This document shows, one piece after another, positions 8,651 through 18,926 of a stretch of 64,000 bases of DNA; within the stretch, counting starts at the first letter, position 1, and each line of letters opens with the position of its first letter. Made by a program: the position numbers and the translations under genes. Location: NCBI GenBank assembly GCA_965205945.1, contig CBDBIB010000003.1:1-64000 (forward strand). The letters run 5' to 3'. Source of the DNA: Bdellovibrionales bacterium (GTDB lineage: Bacteria > Bdellovibrionota > Bdellovibrionia > Bdellovibrionales > UBA1609). The notes under the pieces are model-generated. The model searched no databases, had not been told where the DNA came from, and worked only from the letters and a program-made list of their open reading frames with translations.

Positions 8651-9964
8651 TTATTTTAAATACGGTGACCATTTAGCATGATAGTAATTATATCTATCCT
8701 TTGTCACCCTTGTTAAATTAGTTCCATCAGTTTTAATAATATAAAGGTCTTTTTTTCCTGATCTATTTGATATAAATGAAATAAACCTTCCATCAGGGCT
8801 AAAACTTGGACTTTCATTATTTGCCCATTTTCCGTTTGCTTTTTTCTTTTCTGTAATTCTTTTTAAGTTTGTACCATTTATATCCATTGTAAAAATATCA
8901 AAATGCCCTTTATCCCAGCCTGAAAAAACAATAGTTTTTCCATCTGGTGACCACTCTGGAGCAGAGTTATACCTACCCGCTATGGTGAGCCTCTTAGGAA
9001 TCTTTTTATTTATATCCATAGTATAAAGCATAGGTCTGCCACTTCTATCTGAAGAAAACGCTAGAGTTTTTCCATCTGGCGACATACTAGGTTCAACATT
9101 CATAGTCCGCCCAGGCCCCTTTGTAATTCTTTCTATTATACTTCCATTTAACCCGATTCTAAAAAGATCTGGAATTCCACCCTGGGTAAGAGTCATTAAA
9201 AGAGACCTTCCATCTGGAAAAAAAGTGCCTCCAGAATTAATACCTGGACGAGACGAAAGCATACTTCTTTTTTTTGTTCTAAAATCATATATATAAAGAT
9301 TAGCATTTCTAACCCCAGTTTTAGGTTGAATGGTAATAGAACTATACACAATTTGACTTCCACCAGGAGACCAATTAGGGGACAAAGATGAGGCTTTATG
9401 AAAACTTATTCTATTTATGTTCCCACCGTTCCAATCCATTATATAAACTTCTTTCCAACGATTTCTAACTCTATCTGATGTAACCACTATCTTCGTATTA
9501 AAAATAGATTTCTTACCAGTTAGTGCTAGCATAAAATCATCAGAAAATTGATTTGCTATCTTATTTCCATCATTAGAACTTGTTTTATAGGTTTTTTGTA
9601 AAGCTAGCTTTAAATTCTTTAAAAGATACACCTTAAATTGCACTATTGACTCAGAGTCTTGCAATGCAGTACTTGGTGCTATTAAAAACTCTACCCCTTG
9701 AGCTCTTATCTCTTCAGCTCGTTTAGCATTTACTGCACTTACACCTTGTATCCCAAGAACTTTTACAAACTTAAAATATGTTGAAAAGGTAAGATTATCT
9801 TGAATTCTTGTAAACATTTTATCATGATCAATTTTTGAGACCCCTGCCATATTCATAATAGCAACAGTACTTTTTCTTACTTTTGCATCTCCAATATCAA
9901 TCTTTAGCCCCTGCCCAAAAGCATATGGCGTACAAAGCAATACCAATATAAATATTTTTTTCAC
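8651..9964 (-). CDS. tolB: Tol-Pal periplasmic beta-propeller protein TolB
   Basis: Signal peptide; repeated PxWSPDG/SPDG (PD40) motifs; downstream of tolQRA. Confidence 0.9.
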   Translation of the reverse strand: MKKIFILVLLCTPYAFGQGLKIDIGDAKVRKSTVAIMNMAGVSKIDHDKMFTRIQDNLTFSTYFKFVKVLGIQGVSAVNAKRAEEIRAQGVEFLIAPSTALQDSESIVQFKVYLLKNLKLALQKTYKTSSNDGNKIANQFSDDFMLALTGKKSIFNTKIVVTSDRVRNRWKEVYIMDWNGGNINRISFHKASSLSPNWSPGGSQIVYSSITIQPKTGVRNANLYIYDFRTKKRSMLSSRPGINSGGTFFPDGRSLLMTLTQGGIPDLFRIGLNGSIIERITKGPGRTMNVEPSMSPDGKTLAFSSDRSGRPMLYTMDINKKIPKRLTIAGRYNSAPEWSPDGKTIVFSGWDKGHFDIFTMDINGTNLKRITEKKKANGKWANNESPSFSPDGRFISFISNRSGKKDLYIIKTDGTNLTRVTKDRYNYYHAKWSPYLK

Positions 9965-9974
9965 TCTTCCCCCT

Positions 9975-10664
9975 TTACCTTGGAAACAATAACTCTACAC
10001 CTTCATAATACACAATTTTTTTAAACTTTTCTGGAGGCGGACTAAATGGTGCTGCATCCTTAATAGCACCTCTAACTTTTTCATCATATATTGAATTTCC
10101 AGAACTTTTAATAACTTTTTGAAAAATTAGGTTTCCATTTTCATCTATTTTAATATGAACAATAGCACTTAAATTCCCCTCTAACAACCACTTTGGAACA
10201 TCCCATTGAGCAGAAATTGCCCTATGAAGAGTAACTCTATAATTAGAATACTCAATCTTTTCAATACCTTTTAAATCTACTCCTTTTGACACTCTATTTC
10301 CAACAATATCTTTTTGTTTTCGAACTTTCTTATTTTTTTCTTCTTGCATCCTTACAAGTTTTGCAAAGGCATTCTCTTCAAAATTCTCTTTCTTTAAAAG
10401 CCCTTGCTTTTTCTTAATATAGCCTCTAGATATAGTTTTTTCTACAGCTTTTACCTTTTCTTTTTTCAAAGTTTCTACAATCTTTTCTTTTTTTTTAATA
10501 ATTTTTTGATACTTTTTAGGCATAGCAACAACATCAATACGAATAGCACTCTGAAAAGGCTTTGATTCGCTAGAAAAATAAGGGTGTATAACAAAAAGCA
10601 ACCCAATAAAGCAATGAACTCCTAAAGAATATACAAAAGGCCTTATTTCTTGGCTAATTATCAT
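9975..10664 (-). CDS. tolA: TolA/TonB-family energy transducer
   Basis: N-terminal TM with SLGVH, Lys/Glu-rich linker, C-terminal SSGNSIYD..AAPFSPPP domain; between tolR and tolB. Confidence 0.8.
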   Translation of the reverse strand: MIISQEIRPFVYSLGVHCFIGLLFVIHPYFSSESKPFQSAIRIDVVAMPKKYQKIIKKKEKIVETLKKEKVKAVEKTISRGYIKKKQGLLKKENFEENAFAKLVRMQEEKNKKVRKQKDIVGNRVSKGVDLKGIEKIEYSNYRVTLHRAISAQWDVPKWLLEGNLSAIVHIKIDENGNLIFQKVIKSSGNSIYDEKVRGAIKDAAPFSPPPEKFKKIVYYEGVELLFPR

Positions 10665-11059
10665 TGCACCTCTTCAGTTATCAAAGAGATCTTAGAGATT
10701 CCCTTATTTCTTATTTTTGATAAAACTTTTGCAACAATTCCATAACTCACTCTTTCATCAACTTCTAATCTTGCAGATTTATTTTTAGATGAAATCTGAT
10801 TTGAAAAATTTGCAAGTGTTACTTTATTTTTCCCAATAAAAATCTCATTCTTATTATTTATAACAACATCTAAAGGCTTTAAAGCTTTAATAGTATTTGT
10901 TTTTTGTGTTTTAGGAAGAGCAATTGTAATTCCTGTTCTTGTCATTGGAGCTGTAACCATAAAAATAATTAAAAGAACCAGCATCACATCTACTAATGGT
11001 GTAACATTAATTTCACTCATTGCAGTTCTACCAAATTTTTTAGGCCCGTTCATTCCCAT
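10661..11059 (-). CDS. tolR: TolR/ExbD
   Basis: SEINVTPLVDVMLVLLIIFMVTAP motif. Confidence 0.9.
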   Translation of the reverse strand: MGMNGPKKFGRTAMSEINVTPLVDVMLVLLIIFMVTAPMTRTGITIALPKTQKTNTIKALKPLDVVINNKNEIFIGKNKVTLANFSNQISSKNKSARLEVDERVSYGIVAKVLSKIRNKGISKISLITEEVQ

Positions 11060-11745
11060 TAAAAGAAATTCCTTTCAGCAACGTTTACTAAATCCCCTGC
11101 ATAACCATTTAACTCATGTTCGAGTTTTTTAATTTTTCCAATATAATGGTTATAGGCAATTGACGCTGGAATGGCCGCTGCAAGACCTACAGCTGTTGCA
11201 ATAAGTGCTTCAGAAATACCAGGCGCTACTACAGCAAGACTTGTACTTTTTAAAATACCAATTTTTTGAAAAGATCCCATAATACCCCAAACAGTTCCTA
11301 ATAAACCAATAAAAGGAGCAGTGCTACCGGTTGTTGCTAAAAAACTCAATCCTTTTTCAACATTTAAAATTTCACTCTCCACTGAATTCGCAAGTGTTCT
11401 TTCTAAAATTTCAGATTTAGTTAAAAACGTTTCTTTATTTGCTCCTCTAATTTTTTTAATTTCTTTAAAACCTACTAAAAAAGTTCTACATAAATTTGAA
11501 CCCTGGTATTTATCTTTTGAATCTACAATTTCATCCATTGTCTCAGATTTCCAAAAAGCCTCTAAAAAAAAATTATTCGCTGCAAAAAGCGTTTTAAAAG
11601 TTTTATATTTTACAAAAATAATCATCCAAGAATAAACAGACATACTAACTAATATTAAAAATATGATTTTAACAATTAACCCTGCCGACATTATTGCATG
11701 CCATGCAGAAAAATCCGTAGCGACTTTTAAAGCTTCCTCTCCCAT
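11059..11745 (-). CDS. tolQ: TolQ (MotA/TolQ/ExbB proton channel)
   Basis: APFIGLLGTVWGIM and VAPGISEALIATAVGLAAAIPA motifs. Confidence 0.92.
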   Translation of the reverse strand: MGEEALKVATDFSAWHAIMSAGLIVKIIFLILVSMSVYSWMIIFVKYKTFKTLFAANNFFLEAFWKSETMDEIVDSKDKYQGSNLCRTFLVGFKEIKKIRGANKETFLTKSEILERTLANSVESEILNVEKGLSFLATTGSTAPFIGLLGTVWGIMGSFQKIGILKSTSLAVVAPGISEALIATAVGLAAAIPASIAYNHYIGKIKKLEHELNGYAGDLVNVAERNFF

Positions 11746-11847
11746 TATTACCTTAACCTTTCTTTTTCATTAAAACTTAAAAACCCAGGTTAATAATTAT
11801 AACTGCTTTTCTCAACCTTTCTTTATTTTAAGTCTTACCCTTTTAGT

Positions 11848-12486
11848 CTAGAAAACTACGCTTTCATCTAAATTCATGGTCTTAATAATAAGTAAATTTC
11901 TCCTCTTAATTTCAGCTTTAAGCTTTGGCGATAATATTTTTTTCACTTTTTCATCCACAAATAAAAAATCTGATCTAAGCTTATACATTGTTTCCATGTG
12001 AAAGGATGTAAACAATGACCATTTTATCCAAGCCTTTGGGCTTGGAGCATATAAAAACCTGGATTCAGTTTTCTTAAGATTACTTAAAGTATTATCAAAA
12101 GGACTGGCCACATACACCTGTTTAAGCTTAAATTGAGCCAAAACCTTAAGGAGTCTTAATGCTGACTCCTTACTCACATTCTTTCTTATAACCAGCAACA
12201 AACGCTCAGGGTTTTTAATTTTAAGCCTCTGCATTAAAGTTAAGCCTGCTTTAGTTTTAACAAAATTAGAGTTAAAAATTGAAAACTTACTTTTTAAATC
12301 AGTTCTCCAAACTCCCCCTTCTTCATAAACCACATAAGAGTCCACCACCCCGTTAATTTTTATCTTCGGCTGAGGAGGATTCAACTGTAAGCCCACTCTG
12401 TGAGCAACCTGAATAAGTAAAAAGCCCATAAGCCCTAAAACAAAAAAAACCACCAATGGGTAGATATACGCCTTATTTAGTCTCAA
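11848..12486 (-). CDS. Hypothetical membrane-anchored protein
   Basis: 212-aa ORF with N-terminal TM and a GGAG SD upstream; no motif recognised with confidence. Confidence 0.6.
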   Translation of the reverse strand: MRLNKAYIYPLVVFFVLGLMGFLLIQVAHRVGLQLNPPQPKIKINGVVDSYVVYEEGGVWRTDLKSKFSIFNSNFVKTKAGLTLMQRLKIKNPERLLLVIRKNVSKESALRLLKVLAQFKLKQVYVASPFDNTLSNLKKTESRFLYAPSPKAWIKWSLFTSFHMETMYKLRSDFLFVDEKVKKILSPKLKAEIKRRNLLIIKTMNLDESVVF

Positions 12487-12503
12487 TATATACTCCTAAC
12501 TAA

Positions 12504-12528
12504 AAATAGGTATCAACTATACCTATTT
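12504..12528. promoter_or_regulatory. Perfect 10-5-10 palindrome, candidate operator in divergent promoter region
   Basis: AAATAGGTAT-caact-ATACCTATTT upstream of the rrf2-suf operon. Confidence 0.4.
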
Positions 12529-12594
12529 AATGACAGTCTCTAATTTTCTGCTACTTATTGCCTAAAGACAGTATAAATATACAGGAGATCTATA

Positions 12595-13035
12595 ATGTTT
12601 CGCTTAGGAAGACAAGTTGAGTCAGCCCTACTAGCAATAAGAGTTTTAAATGAAGCTTTTGAAAAAGATGTGTCTATTTCAGATATTTGCCTTAAATTTA
12701 ATCTTTCTAAGAATACCCTTTCAAAAGTCATGCAGTCTCTTTCTAATTACAAACTTATTAAATCCTCTCAAGGCACAAAAGGTGGCTATAGACTTCTTCA
12801 ACCATTAAATAAAATAAGCTTTTTTCAGGTTCTTGATTCTCTAGGTGAGATTAAAAATTTAAGCTGCCGAAAAGATAATTCTTGCTCGATTTTTAAAAAC
12901 TGCTCAATAAGTTCCCCACTTATTCAGTGGGAGCGCAGCTTTGAAAATCACCTTAAAAATACTTTTTTAAATGAACTTTTATATGAAAACAGTACTTATT
13001 CAAACAATCCCTTAACTTTAAATAGGAATTTATAA
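12595..13035 (+). CDS. Rrf2-family regulator of the suf operon (IscR/SufR-like)
   Basis: wHTH with [11 protein letters not shown]; three Cys in [13 protein letters not shown]; first gene of the suf operon. Confidence 0.85.
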   Translation: MFRLGRQVESALLAIRVLNEAFEKDVSISDICLKFNLSKNTLSKVMQSLSNYKLIKSSQGTKGGYRLLQPLNKISFFQVLDSLGEIKNLSCRKDNSCSIFKNCSISSPLIQWERSFENHLKNTFLNELLYENSTYSNNPLTLNRNL

Positions 13036-13037
13036 CT

Positions 13038-14459
13038 GTGTCTATAAGTAAAAAAGAATACAAATACGGTTTTACAACAAACATTCAAGCCGACACTCTT
13101 GCTAAAGGTTTAACAAAAAAGATCATTCAATTAATTTCTAAAAAAAAAGAAGAACCTGAATGGATGCTTGCGTTTCGTTTAAATGCCTTTAAAAAATGGC
13201 AAAAAATGGTTGAACCTCACTGGGGCACACATGAATATAAACCCATTAATTATCAAGACATTTCATATTATTCAACACCTAAGAAAAAAGCTAAACTTAA
13301 TTCTCTTAATGATTTAGATCCAGAGCTTTTAAAAACTTTTGAAAAACTTGGGATTCCCCTTAGTGAACAAAAAAGAATTTCTGGGGTAGCCATGGACATT
13401 GTTTTTGACAGTGTTTCTATCTTAACCACTCAGACAAAAAAACTTAAAGAAAGTGGTATTATTTTTTGTTCAATATCTGAGGCTATTAAAGAACATCCTG
13501 ATCTAGTTAAAAAATACCTAGCTTCAGTGGTTCCCATAGAAGACAATTTTTTTTCAGCTTTAAATTCCGCCGTTTTTACCGATGGTTCTTTTTGTTATAT
13601 TCCAAAAGGAGTAAAATCCCCCATTGATCTTTCTACTTACTTTAGAATAAATGCTAAAGAGACCGGGCAGTTTGAAAGAACACTTCTTATTGCAGATGAC
13701 AATAGCTTAGTGAATTATCTTGAAGGCTGCACGGCTCCACAACGCGATGAAAATCAACTCCATGCTGCTGTTGTTGAAATCGTAGTTTTAAAGGGTGCTG
13801 AGGTAAGATACTCCACAGTACAAAACTGGTATGCAGGAGATAAAAAAGGAAAAGGCGGCATCTACAACTTTGTAACAAAAAGAGCAAAGTGTATTGGTAA
13901 AAATTCAAAAGTTAGTTGGACACAAGTTGAAGCCGGCTCTGCTATAACATGGAAATATCCAAGCTGCATCTTACAAGGTGACAATTCAGAGGGACAGTTT
14001 TATTCCGTAGCCCTTACTTGTAATAAAATGCAAGCTGATACGGGAACTAAAATGATTCACATTGGTAAAAACACTAAGAGCACCATCATCTCTAAAGGAA
14101 TCTCCACAGAATCTTCTATGAACAATTATAGAGGCCAAGTAAAAATCATGCCTTCTGCTAAAAATGCTAGAAACTATTCTCAGTGTGATTCTATGCTTGT
14201 AGGTGATAAGTGCTCTGCAAATACTTTTCCTGCGATTCAAGTTAAAAACAACTCTTCAGTCGTAGAACACGAAGCCTCAACATCAAAACTAAGTGAGGAT
14301 CAAATGTTTTACTTAAAATCCCGAGGTTTTGATGAAGAAAAGGTTATCTCTCTTCTTGTAAATGGATTTTGTAAAGAAGTTTTTAAAAAACTTCCCTTAG
14401 AGTTTTCTGTAGAAGCTGTTAAATTAATAGAAATGAAGTTAGAAAACAGTGTGGCTTAA
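13038..14459 (+). CDS. sufB: Fe-S cluster assembly protein SufB
   Basis: [30 protein letters not shown] and EHEASTSK motifs. Confidence 0.97.
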   Translation: MSISKKEYKYGFTTNIQADTLAKGLTKKIIQLISKKKEEPEWMLAFRLNAFKKWQKMVEPHWGTHEYKPINYQDISYYSTPKKKAKLNSLNDLDPELLKTFEKLGIPLSEQKRISGVAMDIVFDSVSILTTQTKKLKESGIIFCSISEAIKEHPDLVKKYLASVVPIEDNFFSALNSAVFTDGSFCYIPKGVKSPIDLSTYFRINAKETGQFERTLLIADDNSLVNYLEGCTAPQRDENQLHAAVVEIVVLKGAEVRYSTVQNWYAGDKKGKGGIYNFVTKRAKCIGKNSKVSWTQVEAGSAITWKYPSCILQGDNSEGQFYSVALTCNKMQADTGTKMIHIGKNTKSTIISKGISTESSMNNYRGQVKIMPSAKNARNYSQCDSMLVGDKCSANTFPAIQVKNNSSVVEHEASTSKLSEDQMFYLKSRGFDEEKVISLLVNGFCKEVFKKLPLEFSVEAVKLIEMKLENSVA

Positions 14460-14470
14460 AGTAGGACAAT

Positions 14471-15217
14471 ATGATTAATATAATAAATTTAAATGCAAAA
14501 GTAGATAAAACTGTAGTTTTAAAAAATTTTAATTTAAAAATAGACTCTGGAACTATACACGCCCTTATGGGTCCAAATGGCTCTGGAAAAAGTAGTCTTT
14601 CAAAAATAATTGCCGGGCATCCAGATTATGAAGTTACTTCTGGTAAAATTGAATTTGAAAAAGACTTTAACACCATAAATCTTTTAAAGCTTAAACCTCA
14701 TGAACGCTCTTTAAATGGTATTTTTTTAGCAAATCAATATCCTGTAGAAGTCCCTGGAATCAACAATCTTGAATTCCTAAGGGAGTCTTTTAACAATCAC
14801 TGTAGGTTTCAGGGAGCTAAAGAACCTACGCAAGAAGATTTTGAGCAAATGGCTTTAAAAAACATCAACGAAGTTTCATTAAGCCCACAATTTTTATACC
14901 GCAATCTTAACGAAGGCTTTTCTGGAGGAGAAAAAAAGAGAAATGAAATTTTACAAATGCTTTTCCTAAACCCTAGCTTTTCAATATTTGATGAAACTGA
15001 TTCTGGCTTAGACATTGATTCACTTAAAATAGTTTCAAACTGCCTAAACAAAGCAAAAAATACCCAAAAATCTTTTCTACTCATTACTCATTATAAAAGA
15101 ATTCTAAATTTTATCACTCCAGATTTCATTCATATTTTAAAAGATGGACAAATCATTAAAACAGGTGACATTAATCTTGCAAATGAACTTGAAGAAAAAG
15201 GTTATGATTGGCTATGA
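14471..15217 (+). CDS. sufC: Fe-S cluster assembly ATPase SufC
   Basis: GPNGSGKS, NEGFSGGEKKRNEILQM, DETDSGLDID and ITHY motifs. Confidence 0.96.
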   Translation: MINIINLNAKVDKTVVLKNFNLKIDSGTIHALMGPNGSGKSSLSKIIAGHPDYEVTSGKIEFEKDFNTINLLKLKPHERSLNGIFLANQYPVEVPGINNLEFLRESFNNHCRFQGAKEPTQEDFEQMALKNINEVSLSPQFLYRNLNEGFSGGEKKRNEILQMLFLNPSFSIFDETDSGLDIDSLKIVSNCLNKAKNTQKSFLLITHYKRILNFITPDFIHILKDGQIIKTGDINLANELEEKGYDWL

Positions 15218-16335
15218 ACTATGAGTTTTTAAGAGTCACTCCTAAAACAAAAGCAGAGGCTTGGAAATTTTCTCCAAAATCTGCTTTTTCAAAAAACTTT
15301 TTCAAGAAACCCCTTCAAATAAAGCTTGATGAAGCGAAAAATATCAAGCTTGCTCTTGGACCCAGCGCACAACAATTTCAAACACTTTCTCTTTCTGAAC
15401 TTGAAGAGGCAGGTTATATAAATATTAAAATTTTAGATCAATCTATAATAAACAATAAATACACTAAACGTACTCTAATAGATTCTACTATTTTTGATTT
15501 ATTCAATGGTTTAAAAACTTTAAGCCTTACTCTTTTAAAACCCCTTCCCTCAACTTTATGGGTTTCTTCTAATCAAAACTTACGACTTATTGATTTTAAC
15601 TTAGCTCCGTCGGTAAAGCAGACTATTTGTCTTTTTGAAGCTGATATTAAAAAAAAACATTCAGAAGGATTTTTATTTAACTTTAATGTTTCTAAAAAGG
15701 CTCACCTTGAAATTGGGATCTGCGCAAATACTTTAAACACTACTTTTTCAAGAATCAATATTAAAACTCAAGATAAAGCAAAAGCTCATGCTTTTACACT
15801 TTTAGCTGGTAATGTTAATTACAAAAGGCTTGAGGTTAATATTTATCAAAAAGGCTGTGAATCCGAAGTGTCCTTAAACGGAATTTGTTTTGTTAAAAAC
15901 ACCTCAGTTCTAGATTTTTATTCAAACATCCTTCACTTAAATAAAAATCAAAATACAACTCAAATTTATAAAACTATTTGCTCTGAAGAAGGAAAAGCTC
16001 TCTTTGGAGGACGTATCCATTTAACTGAAGAGGCTTCTGGCGCTTTAGTTAAACAGCTTAATAACAACCTTTTACTTGATAAAAAATCTAGTGTAGACAC
16101 CCAACCTGAATTAAATATTTATCAAGATAATGTAAAAGCTAGCCATGGAGCCACTACAATCACTATAAATGATGAGCATCTATTTTATTTTGCATCTAGA
16201 GGCCTTAGGGTCGATGAAAGTAAACGCATGCTTTTTAAAGCCTTTTGCAAATCTTCTTTTTCTAATCTTAAAAATAACGGTCTTATTAACTTTTTTACTG
16301 ACGCTTTAAATAGGGAATTAAAATATGTTAAGTAA
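15208..16335 (+). CDS. sufD: Fe-S cluster assembly protein SufD
   Basis: EAWKFS, PELNIYQDNVKASHGAT and LFYFASRG motifs; position in operon. Confidence 0.88.
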   Translation: MAMNYEFLRVTPKTKAEAWKFSPKSAFSKNFFKKPLQIKLDEAKNIKLALGPSAQQFQTLSLSELEEAGYINIKILDQSIINNKYTKRTLIDSTIFDLFNGLKTLSLTLLKPLPSTLWVSSNQNLRLIDFNLAPSVKQTICLFEADIKKKHSEGFLFNFNVSKKAHLEIGICANTLNTTFSRINIKTQDKAKAHAFTLLAGNVNYKRLEVNIYQKGCESEVSLNGICFVKNTSVLDFYSNILHLNKNQNTTQIYKTICSEEGKALFGGRIHLTEEASGALVKQLNNNLLLDKKSSVDTQPELNIYQDNVKASHGATTITINDEHLFYFASRGLRVDESKRMLFKAFCKSSFSNLKNNGLINFFTDALNRELKYVK

Positions 16336-17530
16336 TGACTCTCTTACACAACTTTTTCCACAATTAAACGCTATGATTGTTAAAGGTATAACTTATTTAG
16401 ACAGTGCTGCAACCTCTTTAAAACTTAAAGCTTCCGCAGATCTTCAGCATCATTTCGACCTTTATCAAACAGCAAATATACATCGAGGCGCACACCAATT
16501 CTCAGATTCTGCCACACAGGCCTACGAAGATTCAAGAATCTTAGCCTCAAAATACCTAAACTGTTCACCTAAACAAATTGTTTTTACCAAAGGCACAACG
16601 GATTCTTTAAATCTTTTAGCTCATCACTATTCTAAAATCTTAACACAAAACGACTGTATTCTCCTTACTGAGATGGAACACCATTCAAATCTTCTTCCTT
16701 GGCAACACGTTTCTAACACTACTGGTGCAAAACTTCTTTTTACTACTGTTAATAAAAAAGGAGAGCTTAATCTTTCTGAAATAGGTTCTCTTTTAAAAAA
16801 AAACAATATCAAACTCTTTTCCCTTTGCCACGTTTCAAATACCCTTGGAACAGTGAACCCTGTTAATGAAATATCTAAGCTTTGCGAGTCTAATAAAACC
16901 GACCTTATAATAGACGGTGCACAAGCTGTTACTTTTTTAAAACCTAATTTAAATGCTTTAAAATGTGATTTTTATGCTTTTTCTGCACACAAGTCTTTTG
17001 GTTCTTTTGGTGTTGGTATTTTGTTTGTTAAAAACATTGCAAAACTTAATCTTTATCAATTAGGCGGTGGTATTGTAACAAACGTTGATTTTAACAACTT
17101 AAGTTTTGTTACAGGTCCTCAAAAGTTTGAATCCGGTACACCTAATATTTCTGGTGTCATAGCTCTTAAAGAAGTGTTTAAATTCTTAAACTCTTTAGAT
17201 TTTAAAGATATTCAAAAAGAAGAAAAAAAACTTTTAAACTATACACAAAAAGAACTCTCTAAAATTAAAGGTTTTAAGCCTGTAGGTTCTTCAGATTCTA
17301 GAGTTAACATTTTATCTTTTAATTTTAAAAATATTCACCCAAGTGACCTTTGTGAACTCTTAGATGAGCAAGGTGTTGCTCTACGTTCAGGAAATCACTG
17401 CACTCAACCACTACTTAAAAAACTAGGTCTATCTGCTTGCATACGAGCATCTTTTTCAATTTACAATTCAAAAAAAGACGCCGATAAGCTAATTAAAGCT
17501 ATTAAAAAATCACTTAAGGTATTACAGTGA
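16325..17530 (+). CDS. sufS: Cysteine desulfurase SufS
   Basis: YLDSAATS, EMEHHSN, DGAQ, FSAHK and RSGNHC motifs. Confidence 0.93.
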   Translation: MLSNDSLTQLFPQLNAMIVKGITYLDSAATSLKLKASADLQHHFDLYQTANIHRGAHQFSDSATQAYEDSRILASKYLNCSPKQIVFTKGTTDSLNLLAHHYSKILTQNDCILLTEMEHHSNLLPWQHVSNTTGAKLLFTTVNKKGELNLSEIGSLLKKNNIKLFSLCHVSNTLGTVNPVNEISKLCESNKTDLIIDGAQAVTFLKPNLNALKCDFYAFSAHKSFGSFGVGILFVKNIAKLNLYQLGGGIVTNVDFNNLSFVTGPQKFESGTPNISGVIALKEVFKFLNSLDFKDIQKEEKKLLNYTQKELSKIKGFKPVGSSDSRVNILSFNFKNIHPSDLCELLDEQGVALRSGNHCTQPLLKKLGLSACIRASFSIYNSKKDADKLIKAIKKSLKVLQ

Positions 17531-18111
17531 ACCCTATTTCTTCAGACAACGTACTTGTAAGATCACAGCTTACTCCAAACCCTCATGCGTTAAAATTTAT
17601 AGCCAACCATCCTCTTAAAAAAGAGGGAAAAGTAACTTATAGAAACCTTACTGAGGCCATTAACGTTACTCTTGTTGAAGATATTTTTAACCTTGAAAAT
17701 ATTGCTCAAGTTTTTTTATTTCAAAATACTTTAACCGTCACCCACAATGGTCAGTGGGACAATACTGAATTAAAAAACTTTATTGAACCCATTATTAAGA
17801 CGCGACTACCCCTACATAATCCATCATTTCAAACCCCTGAAGAAATCATAGCTCATAAAAAACTTAAAAACCGTAAAAATCTCTCTTCGAAAAGACAAGA
17901 AATTGAAGAAATACTAGATAGAACTATACGTCCAGGGCTACAAGCTGATGGTGGAGACCTTGAGGTTATTGAGTATAAGCACCCTAAAATTTTTATTTCT
18001 TTTGAAGGTGCCTGTGGTTCTTGCCCAAGCTCTGTAATGGGAACTTTACAAGCTATTCAAAGTATTTTACAAAATGAATTTAATAAAAATATTCAAGTTA
18101 TTCCAGAATAA
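17527..18111 (+). CDS. NfuA/NifU-family Fe-S carrier (Nfu_N + NifU-C)
   Basis: TPNPHALKF N-domain; IRPGLQADGGD and GACGSCPSS. Confidence 0.9.
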   Translation: MNPISSDNVLVRSQLTPNPHALKFIANHPLKKEGKVTYRNLTEAINVTLVEDIFNLENIAQVFLFQNTLTVTHNGQWDNTELKNFIEPIIKTRLPLHNPSFQTPEEIIAHKKLKNRKNLSSKRQEIEEILDRTIRPGLQADGGDLEVIEYKHPKIFISFEGACGSCPSSVMGTLQAIQSILQNEFNKNIQVIPE

Positions 18112-18233
18112 CTGATTTGTCCTTATATTTTAAACTCGATAATATATGAATTTTTGTAAATTTTATAAGAAATATACAATTAAGTTATTTAAAAAGTAAT
18201 TACGTGATATTAAGCTCTAAAAAGGAGCCGACT

Positions 18234-18911
18234 ATGACTCTAACATCTTTGAAAAAAAAAAATATTTTTTCAAGAAAAACAAAACTCATAACAAAACAGT
18301 TTACTCGCGTTCTTATTCATTTTAGTGCCCTTTGTGCTCTCATGCTGCTGCCCCTAACACTACCAGCAACTACACAGGAATCACCAGACTCACTTATAAA
18401 TCACACCATACACTCCTTACTTGATCAATTCACCAGCAAACAAGAATTGTATACCACCGACGCACAAGAGCTATTTAAATTAGTGGAGCGTGTTATTATA
18501 CCGCTATTCGACCTTAAAATCATGACTAAATCCGCATTAGATATAGAGTGGGAACAAATCAATCTAAAACAACGCCATAACTTCACCTTAAAATTTAAAA
18601 ACCTACTAATTGATGTATACACTAAAGCACTACTTAAATACACTAAAACTGAAAATAAGGTCTTAACCTTTAAAAAAGCGATTACCAAAACAACGCGTAA
18701 AGGCTTTAAAATTGCTAAAGTAACGTCCTTCATCTCACTACATAATAACGACTCACCCACTCTAATTATATATAAACTCTTCTTAAACAAAAATGGTCAC
18801 TGGAAAATTTATGATCTCACCACCTCCGGCTTCAGTATAAACTATCTGTACCGTAATACTTATATCTTCGATATTAATGAATACTCAGAAAACATAATCA
18901 ACAGTAACTAA
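18234..18911 (+). CDS. MlaC/Ttg2D-family phospholipid-binding protein
   Basis: PLFDLKIMTKSAL..W..F..LL..Y and WKIYDL..GFS...YR patterns; AAGGAG SD before ATG 18234. Confidence 0.75.
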   Translation: MTLTSLKKKNIFSRKTKLITKQFTRVLIHFSALCALMLLPLTLPATTQESPDSLINHTIHSLLDQFTSKQELYTTDAQELFKLVERVIIPLFDLKIMTKSALDIEWEQINLKQRHNFTLKFKNLLIDVYTKALLKYTKTENKVLTFKKAITKTTRKGFKIAKVTSFISLHNNDSPTLIIYKLFLNKNGHWKIYDLTTSGFSINYLYRNTYIFDINEYSENIINSN

Positions 18912-18926
18912 CTTAAGCTTAGTCCC

